Part shown: positions 11,601 to 26,600 of the stretch, in pieces
How positions within the stretch are numbered: the first letter of the stretch is position 1
Layout: each line of letters begins with the position of its first letter
Assembly (NCBI GenBank): GCA_013239625.1
Contig: MU053376.1
Span: forward strand, 1,016,833-1,080,832
Reading direction: 5' to 3'
From: Lama guanicoe
Taxonomy: Eukaryota
Length of the DNA stretch: 64,000 bases
Translations under genes and position numbers: made by a program
Notes under the pieces: model-generated
The model's input: only the letters and a program-made list of their open reading frames with translations
Told to the model about the DNA's origin: nothing
Database searches by the model: none

Positions 11601-14600
11601 TGCAATAAATGATATTTACTTCAAGAACACAGTCCAGGTTCAAGGTTCCCAGATCCATCCCTCGATATGTGCAGAGTCAGTGCAGGCTGATCATCTATTT
11701 TGCAACTATTTGGGCCCCTTTACTTCATCTTCATCTTCTTGCTCATTGACTCAACTGCAATTGTACTTGTTTACAAGTACCTGCCACAGGCAGCAGTCAT
11801 GAGATAGGAAAACAAAATAAAATTCAAACTGCATTGGCAAAAAGTTGAAAGAGAAATTCTCGGCTAACTTGAAGCTGGGCTTGTGGGTAGATTCTGTTTC
11901 ATGTGTTATCTGTGACATGCTCTCAGCCACCCACCCTTTGAGTACCTGTTTGAGATAATTACTGGTGATGTGAACTGAGACATCCTGAGACTTCTCCAGG
12001 CTCTGCAGACACCGCTCCAGGGTTCCGACGAAACTCTCGCGCAGGTAATCCACGGAGCTGATCAGCTTGTTGGCCACTGCCTGATTAAGCCGGGAGATGA
12101 TGAGTTCCTGGATCTGTCGGATGCAGCATTTGATCTCTCGGGTGCCCACTGGTTCTCCATTCTCAGGGACAATGACATCTATGGAGGCAGAGCAAAAAGC
12201 TAGTAGGTTGTGAGGGGAGGGGGCAGGCACACTGCAAAAAGGCATCTCCCAAGTCAGAGCCCAGGGGCTACCAAGACGACAACGGCTGCAAAACACACGT
12301 GGCTGATAAACTGACTCAGCATGACCAGGGGCCACGCAATCCTCAACTACTTGAGGCATCTAAGAACCCTGAGAAGGAGCAACTGTATCCAGAAGGAGCC
12401 TATTGACTTTGGCAGCTTTTATGTCACATTTATAGGAGGGGAAGAACAAAATTCATTGAGTGCAGACTATTTGAAAGGCACTACAGTAAGCATTTTATAT
12501 ATGAAATCTAATTTAATACTAACAATAACTTTGTCAGGTGCGTATTAGTGGCTATATTTTATATGTCAGGAAAAAGGCTCAAAGAGAGAATAAAATGGGC
12601 ACCTGGAGAGGATGGTACAGGAAGGAAGTAATATAGCTAGTACCTGAACTCAGAGCTCAGGGATTCCAGAACCTCTGATCTTTGTATTTGAACCTCTGAT
12701 CTTTGAATATTTCACACTTCCTAGCATGTTACTGAGAAAAACCCAAGAGTCAAGAATTCAATTCTAATCAATTACTAGATAAATAGAAACCGTAAATGGA
12801 TTGTTGTCCCCACTATGTTATTACTTCTCAGGATTTTGCAAACCAGAGGACAGAAGAATTTAAGAGAAGATAAATTACCTGCAAAAACTCCACCCCTAAA
12901 AAGGCACTCTTATGAAAACAGATTAAAACAAAATTTCTTCTGTATAGCACAGGGAACCATGTTCAATATCTTATAATAACCTTTCATGAAAAAGAATACG
13001 AAAACAAATATATGTATATATATGCATGACAAGGACATTGTGCTCTACACCAGAAATGGACACATTGTAACTGACTGTATGTCAATTTTTTTTAAAGCAT
13101 GTTTAAACTTAGAAAGAGGCACTAGTGGTGGAAATTTAAATTGGTGCTATCTATCAAACATGTAAACTAATCAAACGACAAACAAAAAATATCAACATAC
13201 CCTTTCACTTAACTATTGTTTGTGCTTCTAGGAGTTATTTTTCTAGAAATATACCCTTAGAAATCTCAAACATACGTAGAATGATGAACAATGCATTACA
13301 GTCTATAATAGCAAAAAAAAGAACTAGCCTAAATGTCCAGCAGCAGGGGAATAGTTAAATAAATTAAGGCATATCCATTAGAAAAAGACCAATTTCTCTG
13401 CACATTTACAGAAAGATCTCTAAGATATGGGTTAAGTGAAAAAGCAAGGGCAGAGGAACATATGGAGGAAAACGAGATGACTAGGGGACAGCACCTTTAT
13501 ATCTTTGAGTTAAATACCAAGTATGTATTATCTTTCTAAAAAATAAATATTTTCTAAAGTATGTATGTCAAGATAACCAGTACACATGTATTACCTTTAT
13601 TTTAAAACAAACAAAAACCATTAATGAAAATCTGGTTCCATAGGATATGTAGTAGTTCTCTTCTAAATCCACTCATCATTACCTCAAGGATACCCAGAAA
13701 GGATCAGAACAGGTAAGAAGCAGCAAGTAAATCTTGTCTAAGATCTAGCCAACTAGATAAGTAGATCCGCAAGTCCACGATGTAGTTATTAACAGAGCCA
13801 GACATTTGATCGACTCGTGCCCAGACTCCACATCCGAGCAAACCACTGTGTCCCAGACACTGAATATAGTGTATCTGACACAGGACAGACAAGCAAATAT
13901 TTCACTGACTGCTCAACCTACCTGTCCTGACAACCCTTATCATGTCCACTCTGATGCTAGCATTGATGCTGCAGTGTCTTTTATTCAGGCACTGAATTAA
14001 ATTAAATATTCAGAAGATTTCCTGGGACTTCCACTGCAAGTGAGCATTTCTCAGCAATTCCTCCCTATAATGGGAATTCGCCAAAGAGGCATCTTTGTTC
14101 ATCTTTAGAAAGACCTATAAGAAATCAGGCATCCTATGCTCACTAAAGTCAAGTATATTTCCTTTGTACCTATAAGTATATCATAAACATATACCATCAT
14201 TCACATACTCATTCATTCTCCAAAGACGTACTATACACAGACTGTTATTTGTTACAAGGGATATGATGATGAATAAAGACCCAGATCCTATTCGCCTTCA
14301 TTTCTAGGACTAAAAAAAAATAGAGAAACATAAATAACTGTGAAATACACCAGAAATTTCAGTTACAGATGAAATGCTTTGGGGGTCCCAATGTATGTGA
14401 TCATTATTAGCTAAGAAACTTAAAGACGACTTCATGAAAAATGTTATTTGTGGAGGCAGAATTTGAAAACTGACAGATAAAAGACATTTCAGGCTTAGAG
14501 CAGGGCATGGGCAAAAAAGGAAACAAAAGTATAGGAAGCACATAGAGGACAGCAAGCAGCTTAGCCCACCCAAAAAAGAGACCAGAGGAAGGTGTACAGT

Positions 14601-17600
14601 GGGAAATATGACTAAGAAACTTGGAAAGAGCTAGGCTTTTGGAAGATCTTGAATACTAGGCTAAGGAATTTAAACTCAGTCTGTAGGAATAAAGAGCCAA
14701 TAAAGATGAATTGGAAAAAAGGAGAGAAAGTGGTCAGTGAGATCAGTCAGGTAACAATAGTTGAGTTACTCTAAAGAAGAGGGACTAGAGAAGCAAAGGT
14801 ATGTATGAAATATGGAAGAAGACTCGTTAGGATGTGGCAACTGACTGGACATGGGGACAAGAGAAAGAAAACAAAGACCAGGCTGAGGTTTTGAAGCTGG
14901 TTACCAGGAGGACGGGAGCATCAGTAACTGGCAGCAGGTGAAGAAGCAGTAAAGCATGGAAGTTAAGAGTACAGGCTCAGGAAGCAGACTGTCTAGATTT
15001 AAATTCTGCCTCTACTATTTAGCAGCTGTGTGACCTTGAGCAAATTACTTAACCTGTCTGAGCCTGAGTTTCCTCATCTAGAAAATGGCAAAAGCAGAAA
15101 CCACCTAGGGAGGCTGTTTTAGAAAAAAGCAAAAGTGAAAAAACTGATGCTAGGTCCCATGTCAGAAATTCCGATCAAGAGGTTTAGGGGTCTCAAGCAT
15201 TTTCAAAACCCTCCCATGTGATCTGGGTGCGTGGCTATGACTGAGAACCTAAAGGGTAACGTGCAAACCACCTCGCTTTAATTAACAGGCAGTAGAGCCA
15301 ATGGTCAGTCAACAAAGTCAGCAGCATCTAAACCTCAGCCACCAAAAGACCTGACCAATCACTTGGCCCAATTTTGCTAACAGTCATTCATGAAGAACGG
15401 GAATGCCACGAAAGCTAAAACCGCTACTTTGGGAAATCCTCCTGAGTTAGGTGTCAGGAGCAGCCTGAAAAGAAAATGAGACCATGCACACAAAAAAGAA
15501 CTGATAAAGAAGCACAGGCCACGTCAAAGGAGCCCAGGAGAAAGCACAACTTAGTGACGTTCTTCAAGCAGCTCTTCTCCAGCTCCATCAAGGTCAAAGG
15601 GGTACAGATACAAACCAGAGACTTAAAGAGCACTCTTAGGATGAATTTACCAAAAGTTGGACTACCAGTCCTGGGAAGGGATGATGGTGGAATCTTCCAG
15701 GAAGGTCTCTCAGAACAAGAGAAGGTGAGCTCCTGCTAATGTCAGGGGTAGTTGAGATTACCCTGAGGTTCCTTCAGAATTAATGTACTCAACTTCCAGC
15801 TGGAAAAGACTTAGAGGATGCTGTAGTCCCGGCTCCCTACCAGGCTCCACAAGACCTACCTTTAAACTCCATGTTGGCAGCATCATCCAGAAGCTCCTCC
15901 TTCATGGTGTTCAGCGTCTCAACAATCATGTCCTTCATCTCCTCCTGCTTTCGGTTGGCAATATTCATCAGTGATTCGTACAACTCGTTCTCCTTTTTCC
16001 GTGTGTACTCCAGACGCTTGGGAGTAATCTGCAGGTCCCGCTGCATGTCAAAGGCCTGGTTGATAAAGATGTCGAGGCAGTGGCAGTGCACCAGGTTCAG
16101 GGCCTTGGCTGCGTCCACCAGGCGGGTCTGCAGCACCTGGTGAGAAAATGTGTTCAAGTGTCTCAGCTTCTCACTTTGCTCCACCAGCATGCTCTGAGCT
16201 TTGGTGTCTTGGCCGGGGGCCCCACAGTTACAGTGACTGCTGCTCAGATAGCCCAGGTCAATTAGCTGGCGGTGAAGTGGTGATCTTTCATTCTCCATTC
16301 TTCTGGTGGAGCAGTCGATTATCTCCGAGCCCAGCTTCGGCACTTTGAAAAAGAATATGGGAAAGGAGAAATACTTTCGGATTTCCTGAAGCTCTTGCTC
16401 ATCCCTCTCAGAGAGTTCATCTTTGTGGACTGCATAGGTTATCACAGGCAAGAAATCATTCACCAAGTCACCCAGAACATCCACTGTGGGCCGGAGGCCT
16501 TGGCACGGTGCTACCACAATGTCCACTTCCTGGAAGGGGAAGGGGGTCATATCAGCACTTCAGGGTCAGAACCAAAACTTGCCTCCCCAGAGTCCCACAC
16601 TGAGACCAAAATCCAGATCTATGATGGGGAAACTGAACTTTGGTATGCCCCAATCATTCGTCCACCTCCTTCCTCGGTTACCAACACGCCCTGGTGCAGC
16701 CTATGAGGCAGGTACTCATCTAGAGAGGGTGAAAAACCAAGTAAGTAGAAAGGATGGCAGTCCCTTTAGCCATTTCAGATAAAAAAGAGTATTTGGTCCC
16801 TGCCTTCCTTTGTTGTTTGGAAACTCCTACTGATTCTCTCTGATGAAGAAATAAGACAAATAATAGAAGAAAAAAGAACTCAACAGACTGGGAGGGAGTC
16901 TGCCTGGAATATTCATTCCTCCCCTCGCACTCCTCTCACACCCCCATCCCCATCTTTCTAACCTGGCTAACTCCCAAGCATCCTTTAAATCTCAATGTAT
17001 ATGTCATGTCATACTCTTCGGGAGTCTTTCCTATTGCACCATCCCATTTTTCCCTCATTAGCTTATAAACTCTTTGAGGACAGGGACCATGTCTATCTTG
17101 TTCACTACTATAACTCCAGTGCCTAGCACAGAGTAAGTCCTTAACATTGTTCAATCAATCAGTCAATCAGTCAGTCAAGCAGTAAACTGAAGGCTAGATC
17201 TACCAAACTTACTGTTCTATTCTAAGTCTGCAGGTATCCCAAAGTCTTAGCAATACCTTTATGCTCATGATCACTTGGAATGGCTAAGGTTTGCCTATCC
17301 AGTATTTATCTTCTGCATTATTTGGAAGGCAATGTCTTTTACATATAGAGTCGGCCATTAAGAGTTGGGGCTACCAGGAAAGCTCTTAGAGAAGGTTTGA
17401 TTCTACCAGGAAGGACGCCCTTTGGCCCTGCCCTTCCTGCCTGGAGTACAGCTGTGACAGACAGAGCAGCCGTGGCCTTCCTGCAGCCCTAGGGCAAACC
17501 TGAGAGGAGAAACCAGCGCTAAGGATGATGAAGCAACAAGAAATAGGGAGCTTGGGTCCCTCGTGACGACAGCTGCCACACCAACCCTCAACTGCCAGGT

Positions 17601-20600
17601 TTCAGACTTCTTTTATGTGAGGGAAAAAAAATTAGCCTCTGTCTTGCTTAAGCAAGCCCTTACTTTTCTGATTGCTACAGATGGTCGAACCCAATCATAA
17701 CTGATATACCCAAGTTCCTAAACTGAGGTTCAAGAATGATATCTGATTTAGAAACAACCTTCCACAGGCCTTGTTCCTAGTCAGCAGTTTCTTCTTCTTG
17801 TTCTGCTTCTTTCCTAAGGATCTTGAAGCATTTAAGGGCATGTATTTCCATCCACCGCATAGGCTGCTCCTCACAATCTCTGAAATTGTCTACTTGGCCT
17901 GACATTCCAGACCCAAGGGACAACCTGGAGACGTGAACCTATATCACCATCACAGGCACACCAGCCCCGAAGTCTTCTGGGTCTGTAGACTCAAAATCAA
18001 TCCTCCACAGAATTCCAGCATATTTTGCAGAGTCATCAAAGAACGCAGATCTGCTCAAGTATGTGTCCTTAAAGTTATCAGATGATGCAAATTTACTTTA
18101 TTTGAAATCTAAGATAGACAATTTGTTTATTTTCTTTCAGACTAATACTCTGTTTTCATTCCTTTTTTGAGCAACAGGTATTGCTGATGAGAGATTTTTA
18201 AAAATCAAAACCTGGGACCTTTTCCTTTTTGATCTCCTTCTCCAAACAAGTAAGAAAGGGCTGGGAAATGTCAGCCCCTTTTTCTTGCACTGACTGTGAG
18301 TGTGTGTTTGTGTGTGTGTGCTGAAAGACAGAAAGAGAAAGAGAGAGCTCTCCTAGTCCCTGAAAAGCACAAAGGTCTGATCTTCTTCCTTAACAAAGAA
18401 CGAGTTAAGTTTTATTCTCAGGTCACACAACTTTCACTTGGCCGGCCACTTGGAACTCCCTAAAGCTAAAAGCGCTTTTAGCATCTCACTATTTGTAATC
18501 CGAGCAAACACTGTACATAAATCTATCTACTTTCTACCCAAGCCTAGGCCAAGAAGAAACCTGCTGTTTCATCTGGGCCCGGAACTGTATGGAATGTTTT
18601 CTGATTGGAAGACTAGTCTGATACCCACCTCGCTATCCAAAACAAGCCCCCTTTCACTACGCTGAGTCACACTACCAGAGTATGAATCAGTTTATGAGGC
18701 ATATTCAAAAAGCGAGTAAGAAAGAACTTTTAAGGTTTAGAGTAGAAAATGCAACTGCCTAAATACCAACATTCTAATTACATATAATAATTAGACTAGT
18801 AGAGATTCCCCCAAAATAAAAAGCTATAATAAGATAGAGAATTATAGGTAAAAATGGCTTTTAAAATATTTTTAAAACTCCTTCTGTCTGAAATGTATAC
18901 CTTGTAAAGATATAAATCAATCAAACTCATTATAGAAATTTTATGGGGAAAAAACCTAAAAATATTCAAAACCAAAGTAAGTGTTGGTTAGAAAGTTTTC
19001 AGGAGGAATTTTATTTCCTTGTTTATTTGATAGATTTTCTTAAAATTCTAAAATAAATTCCTAGGTTTTCTTCAAAGGACTATTTTGTGTGCAACAGAAC
19101 CATCAGCCAAAGCTGCCAAATCCATTTGTAGAACTAATATCCTCTCTAAGAGATAGCTGACTTTATTTGCTCACAGGTGCACATTCATTAAAAAAAATGG
19201 ATTCAGTGGATAAAGAAGATGTGGTACATATATACAGTGGAATACTACTCAGCCATTAAAAAGAATGAAATTCTGCTATTTGCAACAATATGGATGGACT
19301 TGGAGGGTATTATACTAAGTGAAATGAGACAGAGAAAGACAGATACTATATATCACTTATATGTGTAATCTAAAAAATAAAACAAACTGGTGACTATAAC
19401 AAAAAGAAACAGACTCACAGATATAAAGAACAAACTAGTGGTTACCAGTGAAGAGAGGGGTGGGGGTAAGGATGAGATAGTGGTAGGGGATTAAGAGGTA
19501 CAGACTATATTAAAATAGCATCCAAAGTAATAAAATACCTTGGAATAAATCTAACCAAGGAGGTGAAAGAATTATACACAGAAAACTATAAACCATTGAT
19601 AAAGGAAATTAAAGAAGACTTTAAAAAGTGGAAAGATATCCCATGCTTTTGGATTGGAAGACTCAATATTGTTAAAATGGTCACACTGCCCAAGGCAATC
19701 TACAGATTTAATGCAATCCCTATTAAATTACCTAGGACATATTTCACAGAACTAGAACAAATCATAATAAAATTTATATGGAACCATCAAAGACCTAGAA
19801 TTGCCAAAGCATTACTGAAGAGAAAGAAAGAGGCTGGAGGAATAACTCTCCCAGACTTCAGACAATACTATAGAGCTACAGTCATCAAGACAGCATGGTA
19901 TTGGTACAAAAACAGACATATAGACCAATGGAACAGAATAGAGAGCCCAGAAATGAACCCATAAACTTTTGGTCTACTCATCTTCGACAAACGAGGCAAG
20001 AATATACAATGAAATAAAGACAGTCTCTTCAGCAAATGGTGTTGGGAAAACTGGATGGCAGCTGCAAAGCAATGAAGCTAGAACACTCCCTTACACTATA
20101 CACAAAAATAAACTCAAAATGGATCAAAGACTTAAACATAAGACAAGATACAATAAACCTCCTAGANNNNNNNNNNNNNNNNNNNNNNNNNNNNNNNNNN
20201 NNNNNNNNNNNNNNNNNNNNNNNNNNNNNNNNNNNNNNNNNNNNNNNNNNNNNNNNNNNNNNNNNNNNNNNNNNNNNNNNNNNNNNNNNNNNNNNNNNNN
20301 NNNNNNNNNNNNNNNNNNNNNNNNNNNNNNNNNNNNNNNNNNNNNNNNNNNNNNNNNNNNNNNNNNNNNNNNNNNNNNNNNNNNNNNNNNNNNNNNNNNN
20401 NNNNNNNNNNCCTACACTGCTGGTGGGAATGCAGTTTGGTGCAGCCACTGTGGAAAACAGTACGGAGATTCCTCAAAAGACTAGGAATAGACTTACCATA
20501 GGACCCAGGAATCCCACTCCTGGGCACATATCCAGAAGGAACCCTACTTCAGGATGACACCTGCACCCCAGTGTTCATAGTAGCACTATTTACAATAGCC

Positions 20601-23600
20601 AAGACATGTAGACAGCCTAAATGTCCATCAACGGATGACTGGATAAAGATGTGGTATATTTATACAATGGAATACTACTCAGCCATAAAAACCAACAACA
20701 TAACACCATTTGCAGCAACATGGATGCTCCTGGAGAATGTCATTCTAAGTGAAGTAAGCCAGAAAGAGAAAGAAAAATACCTATGAGATCGCTCACATGT
20801 GGAATCTTTAAAAAAAAAAAAAGCATAAATACAAAACAGAAATAGACTCATAGACATAGAATACAAACTTGTGGTTGCCAAGGGGGTGGAGGGTGGGAAG
20901 CGATAGACAGGATTTCAAAATTGTGGACTAGATAAACAAGCTTATACTGTTCAGCACAGGGAAATATACACAAGATCTTATGGTAGCTCACAGAGAAAAA
21001 AATGTGACAATAAATATATATATGTTCATGTATGACTGAAGAATTGTGCTCTACACTGGAATTTGACACAACATTGTAAAATGATTATAAATCAATAAAA
21101 AATTTTAAAAAAAGAGGTATAGACTATTATGTATAAAATAAATAAGCTACAAAGATATACTGTACAACACAGGGAATATTTTTTATAATAATTATAAGTG
21201 GAATTTAACCTTTAAAAATTGTGAATCTTTATGTTGTACACTTGTAACTTATATAAAATTGTACATCAACTATAGCTCAATTTAAAATTTTTCTCAAATA
21301 TAAAGGGGGGATTCAAGGCTTTCTAATGGTAGGTACTGCCTGATACACTGGCACCTAGAAAGAAGTTGTCCACTCCTAAATGTATCTTGTACTAAGCAAA
21401 AATGGATAGAAAACAAGTACCATGTTCTGTGTTCTCCATCCCCCAGTTAACTTGGGCAGTTGGTCTCACTGTTCTGACTATCACGACTGCTGGAAGGCAG
21501 GCAAAAAGAGTGGCTGGCTGAGACCCGGGCAGCAGCACAAGTGAGCCTGGAAGATGATATGTGATTCTGCAGTACTTACGGTGAAGGGATGACTCATGCC
21601 TGACGGGTTATAAACAAAAAGGGAAGCCAGCACTGTCTCCTGGAGACCGGGAGTGAAAAAAAATAGATTAGCACAGAGAGGATGAGCCCTGTTCTGGGCC
21701 CTGTTACAGCCACCTGAGACAGGAGACTGACCTCGGACTGTCTCATGGAAGGCTGCGTTCCCTCCTGGTGCCTAGAGCAGTGTCTGGCACTCAGTGAGCA
21801 TCCAATAAATAAATGTGCAAGTCATGGGTGAATAAACGATGTCTTTACTACTTGCTCAAAACCATTTTTGATCATCATATGTAAATTTTTCTATTTTTTA
21901 ACCCATTTCCCACACATTTATCTGGAATTGCTGTTTGCCTGTGAGTAAGCATTTTGCTCCTAACTCAATCAAGGAAACAGAATCTCAGGGCATCAGGAGA
22001 GTGTGCCATGATTCCCATTTTGAGTCACAGCAAATTCCTAAAGAGATTCTGCTGGTAGAAAGCATTCTGCACAGATCTATGGAATCTACGGATGTTGTTA
22101 AGTTCCCATCAGTTTTCTTGGTAAGATTAAGAGAATCCAGAAGAAAGAGACTGCTACCCTGCAAACACCAGAATTGACCTCTTTGGTTTTGTTTTTGATG
22201 TAAAGTGATACTATCTTAAATGCCAAGAAGAAATCGCTCAATCACTGAAGAAACCTGACCACTTCTTAAGAATACCAGCTCTCCCTGGCGAGGACTCCAT
22301 ACTCAGTGGCTCGTGGCACATTACCAAACCTCGGTGACAGCTAAGGATGATTAGCTTACTGATGGTTCAAACAGAAGACAGTCACGGTCTCAGGCAGGTC
22401 ACAAACAGCTTTGTTTTCTCTGGAGTTCGGCAGCCTCAATGCAACACACAGAAAAGAAGTGCATAACTATACTGAGTCCTGCCCTTGCTCAGCAGCTGAC
22501 ACAGACTCCGTCCCCACCTCTGCATTCTGCCTGTTGTCACTGTCAGTTCTCCTCCCGTGCCCATTCTCACAGGCAATTGGAGGTTTTTCTGTTTGTTTTT
22601 AGACAGGGTTGATTCTTCCTCATTTTTATGTAGTTTCCTGAACTCACTGTCAATCTTATTTCTATTTTTTAATTAAAAAAATTTATTTGGGGGGGGGATT
22701 AGGCTTATTTATTTTTAGAGGTGGTACTAGGGGTTGAACCCAGGACCTTGTGTACGCTAAGCATGCACTCTGCCACTGAGCTATGCCCTCCTCCCATAAA
22801 CTCACAATCATCTTAAGTGTCAATTACATATTAAGGAAAAGACCTCTCTATTCTTGTCACATTGCAGAAAATCCTTGACTCGATACAAACACTCCCCAAG
22901 GAGGAGCCACAACTGAACTGGTTTCTAGGCTACAAGAGGCCTGAAGAGGCTGGGCCAACCCAGAGCTTTATCCCAGCAGACAGCACAGAATGGATTACAA
23001 GCTCATCTTCCTACCGAGTAAAAGTAGGGAGTGGCTAACTCAGAGGCCAGAGCAAGACTCGGGGAAAAAGCACGATCTCAGTCAAAACCCTCAACTAGCC
23101 ACAGACAGCATGAGACCATAAAGTTAAAGTGGACACAAATTTATAGTTTCAAACACCCCAAAGCAAAGGCTTTAGCTCTGCATCTCAACTTGTGAGCATG
23201 AAGCCCTTAAGGATCAGATCTATCTGATTCCAAACTGTGATGAATCGGATAACAGATAAGTTGACAAGAATGTACTGAGTAGCCTCTATGCATTCTACCT
23301 TGTGGATATTCAAACTTCTAGGTACCCACAGATATAAATAAAAGTAGGAATGTGAAGTTTTATTCTCTTACCACTTACTAGATTCATCAGGAGAGAAAAA
23401 CAGTAGAATGGAGAAGAGAAAGGGAGAGGGGAAACTTTGCCTTTCAACTTTATGACTTCAACTTCTGTTTTATTTACCTTTTTATAACATCTCTCTTTTC
23501 TTTCATTTTATTACAAAAGCACTTCATAATAATTATGAAGAACTCTGCCTCAGACATAGTAAACAAACTTACGGTTACTGAGGAAAGGGAGTGGGAAGGG

Positions 23601-26600
23601 ATAAACTTGGGAGTTTGAGATTAACAAATGTCAGCCACTATATATAAAAATAGAGTTTTTAAAAGTTCCTTCTGTATAGCACAGGGAACTATGTTCAATT
23701 TCTTGTAATAACTTTTAATGAAAAAAATATGAAAACAAATATTTGTATGTATACGCATGACTGGGACATTGTGCGTACACCAGAAATTGACACATTATAA
23801 TTGACTGTACTTCAATTAAAAAAAGAAAAAGAACTCTGCCTCTAACTAGAACAGAATGACAGCTGTAAGTAAGCTGGAACCAGAAGGACTGAAGTTTGAC
23901 AAAAGGAAGAAGTTCCACCATGGACGGCTGTCAGGGAAGGGATGAGTGACTGAGAGAGCAGGAAATTCTCTTCTCAGGGACACTGATTAGTTCATCCAAA
24001 AGAAGACTTACTAAGTGCCAGATACTGTGCTAGATGCTTTACACATAATCTCTCATCTAAGCCTAAAACTTGTCCTAAAAGATACAGATTATTCCTCCCA
24101 TTTTACAAATGAGGGAACCAAGCACAAGAGTCACACAGTTAAGTGACCAAATCAGGATATAAATCCAGGCCTACTTGACTATAAAGGCTGTGTTTAGACA
24201 GTAACCAAAGCTCTACTGTGTCAGGAGCTGCCTGGGCTGGTGCTAGGTAAGTTCTGAACGAAGAAGAAAGGATGGAAAAGATGATCTCAGGGATACTAAC
24301 ACTCCAACTGTTCTTTGTTAAAAACTGTATATTGGCTGCAAGCAAAAGCCCTGCTCTGCTGTGAAACATTTGGCAAAAGAAGTCAAGAAGAAAATATTAT
24401 CACCCCAATAACAGAGTTTCTGCCTGTTGACAGTACTTTCAACCTCTGAGTCTCTGAATCAGGGGAAATTCCTTACCACCACCATCCTCCACCCATAGGG
24501 AAACACAAACAAAACAGAGAGATGCACTTGGTTCAGGAACAAGGCAGACAGGATTCTAAAAAAGGGAGAGGACCAAAGAGGAAGATTGAGACCATGGTGT
24601 CTGCCAGATTTTCTCCCAAAGAGCCAACCTTGAAAGGCCAAAGGTGTATCAGCAGCTGTGAACTTCCAGCTGTTCTTTCTAGGAGGTATCAAGACTATTA
24701 CAGTGAACTCAGCGATTTTAAAAAGAATCTTGCCGCTAAACTACACACATCCTTAATTAGGTAAATTAGCCTATCATACGTATTACCATGTTTCCTGGCA
24801 AAAGAGGAATGTATTGGTTGTAATTCATTGTGTATGTTAGTGTGTTAGAGGAAAGGCAAGAGAGGTGCTGAAGGCAAAGGGCATAGGATGACTGCATTTG
24901 CCTGAACTTCCCGTATCCTTTTTTTAACATATCACTTTAGTTCCCCTTTCTTTTTGCCCTGTAAAATCATGGTTTATTTTAATTATAATTCTAGAATATC
25001 ATTCTTTATTTCTCTGTTCTATACATACTACCCCAACTTTGTTTCTCTTCCCTTGGCATGGCCATCTTGACCTAATTCCACATACCCTCTCCTCCCAAAA
25101 GTATCTTCTTACCCCGAGGACCATCACCCATGCTGCTTTCTTTCTTTTACCCATCAACTACTAGCTTTCAATGTAGATACGTACAAGAGAAGACATGGTA
25201 TCTAACTAAAAGTAAGCAATACATAATAAGTTTAGTCTCATAAGGTGCCAAATTAATACCAAAAACTAGACAAAAATTGAGAGAAGCTAGTTTTCTACCG
25301 ACAAACAGTGTTTAGTTAATTTGGGGGTTAAAAATTTGCAAACATGAGTCTTTTATAGTAAGATACTTTATAATGACTTTGGATTGTGAAAATATTAACT
25401 GCTGAGAAATTAATAATATCAATGTCCATGTGAAATTAAAAATAGATTATTTCCATTGATGGGTACTGAATGAGGGTTATTAAGAGAAGTCTTTACTACA
25501 CACAACGGGTTAGAGTTAAAAATAGTAAAAACTAAGTTTATTTGCAAAGTCACTAGACCTTGCCTGGAAACATTAGTCTACCTTAATTCTCTGAAATATA
25601 CCCTGCCAGACATCACCATGAGCCAGTAACCATGACAGTGTGTGGCAGTCTGGCAGCCAGGTGACATGTCCGTTTGTCCAAAGAGCTGGAAAACACCTGG
25701 GGGAGGGGGGATAAACAGGCTATTGATGAAAGCAGAAAACTCAGAGCTACAGAGAGCTATGTAACTACCAAAGAAAATGAAACGCCACTGTGAGGCTGCA
25801 GGAATCCCACCCCAAGCTGAGGAAATATAACCTTCTCTGCTTCTTTTTATTCCTTTTCTTATAGGTGTTCATAGGAAAAAAACATACACACTCATTCGCA
25901 TATGCACCACACACATCAGATTGAGGCAACTCTAAGGCAGACAACTGTGTTCCACTGGACCTGAAAAAGGGAAAAAAAGAAAAGGAGGTGGTGTATGTAT
26001 CAGAAAGGGGATGAAGTTGTGGAAGAGGAAGTATGGGCATGGAGACAGAACTAGTGAAGATGGTGAATGGTGAGATGTTTCGCCAATTGGAAAATGACAA
26101 TGTTTTAACACTAAATGAGGGTGCAGAAACTAATGGCTTGACAGTGTTCTCTATTGCTGAATTATGAACTGAGAATCTCAGGGGACTGAGAACTAAAAAG
26201 CTGGGAGTACCAAGCACCGTGGGTCCATGTGAGTTGGCCTCTTCTGGAACAAACTGAAAATGGCTAATTTATGAGGACTTCAAAGTAACATATTAGAAGA
26301 ATGACCATTGTATAAGAGTGTAGGAGCAAATTCTTTAATAATTTGACAGTTACAAATGAACACCGCATTTCCCCTAATTCAGTCTTGGTTTCCTTTCTGT
26401 ACCACCCACTTTACAAACCAAATGGAAGGTCTTTATAGAGCTAACTCACTGGTCCTAAATATAACTAGAGCTAAAAAAAAAATCTTTCGCACTGGCACGA
26501 AAAATCTTCAGAGTAGCTAGGAAATGCTCCTGGCAGTAAGCTGAGCATCCGTGATGTGTTTAATGGAGACAGGAGCCTGACTATGGCGACAGAGCAGGGC

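Larger units (their letters stand above)
19205..21290 (+). mobile_element. Older L1 3' end, split by the younger L1
   Basis: GGATAAAGAAGATGTGGTAC...GAATACTACTCAGCC at 19205-19508; 3' UTR resumes after the TSD at 21112-21290. Confidence 0.8.

Noticed and set aside
12669..12705. Direct repeat GAACCTCTGATCTTTG x2 (also CATATTTGGGACA x2 near 6352-6383)
   Set aside because: Two-copy local slippage duplications in introns, not an array, and no functional cue
19563..20786. L1 ORF2 ORFs as host genes or an active element
   Set aside because: 5'-truncated, with a premature stop and frameshifts
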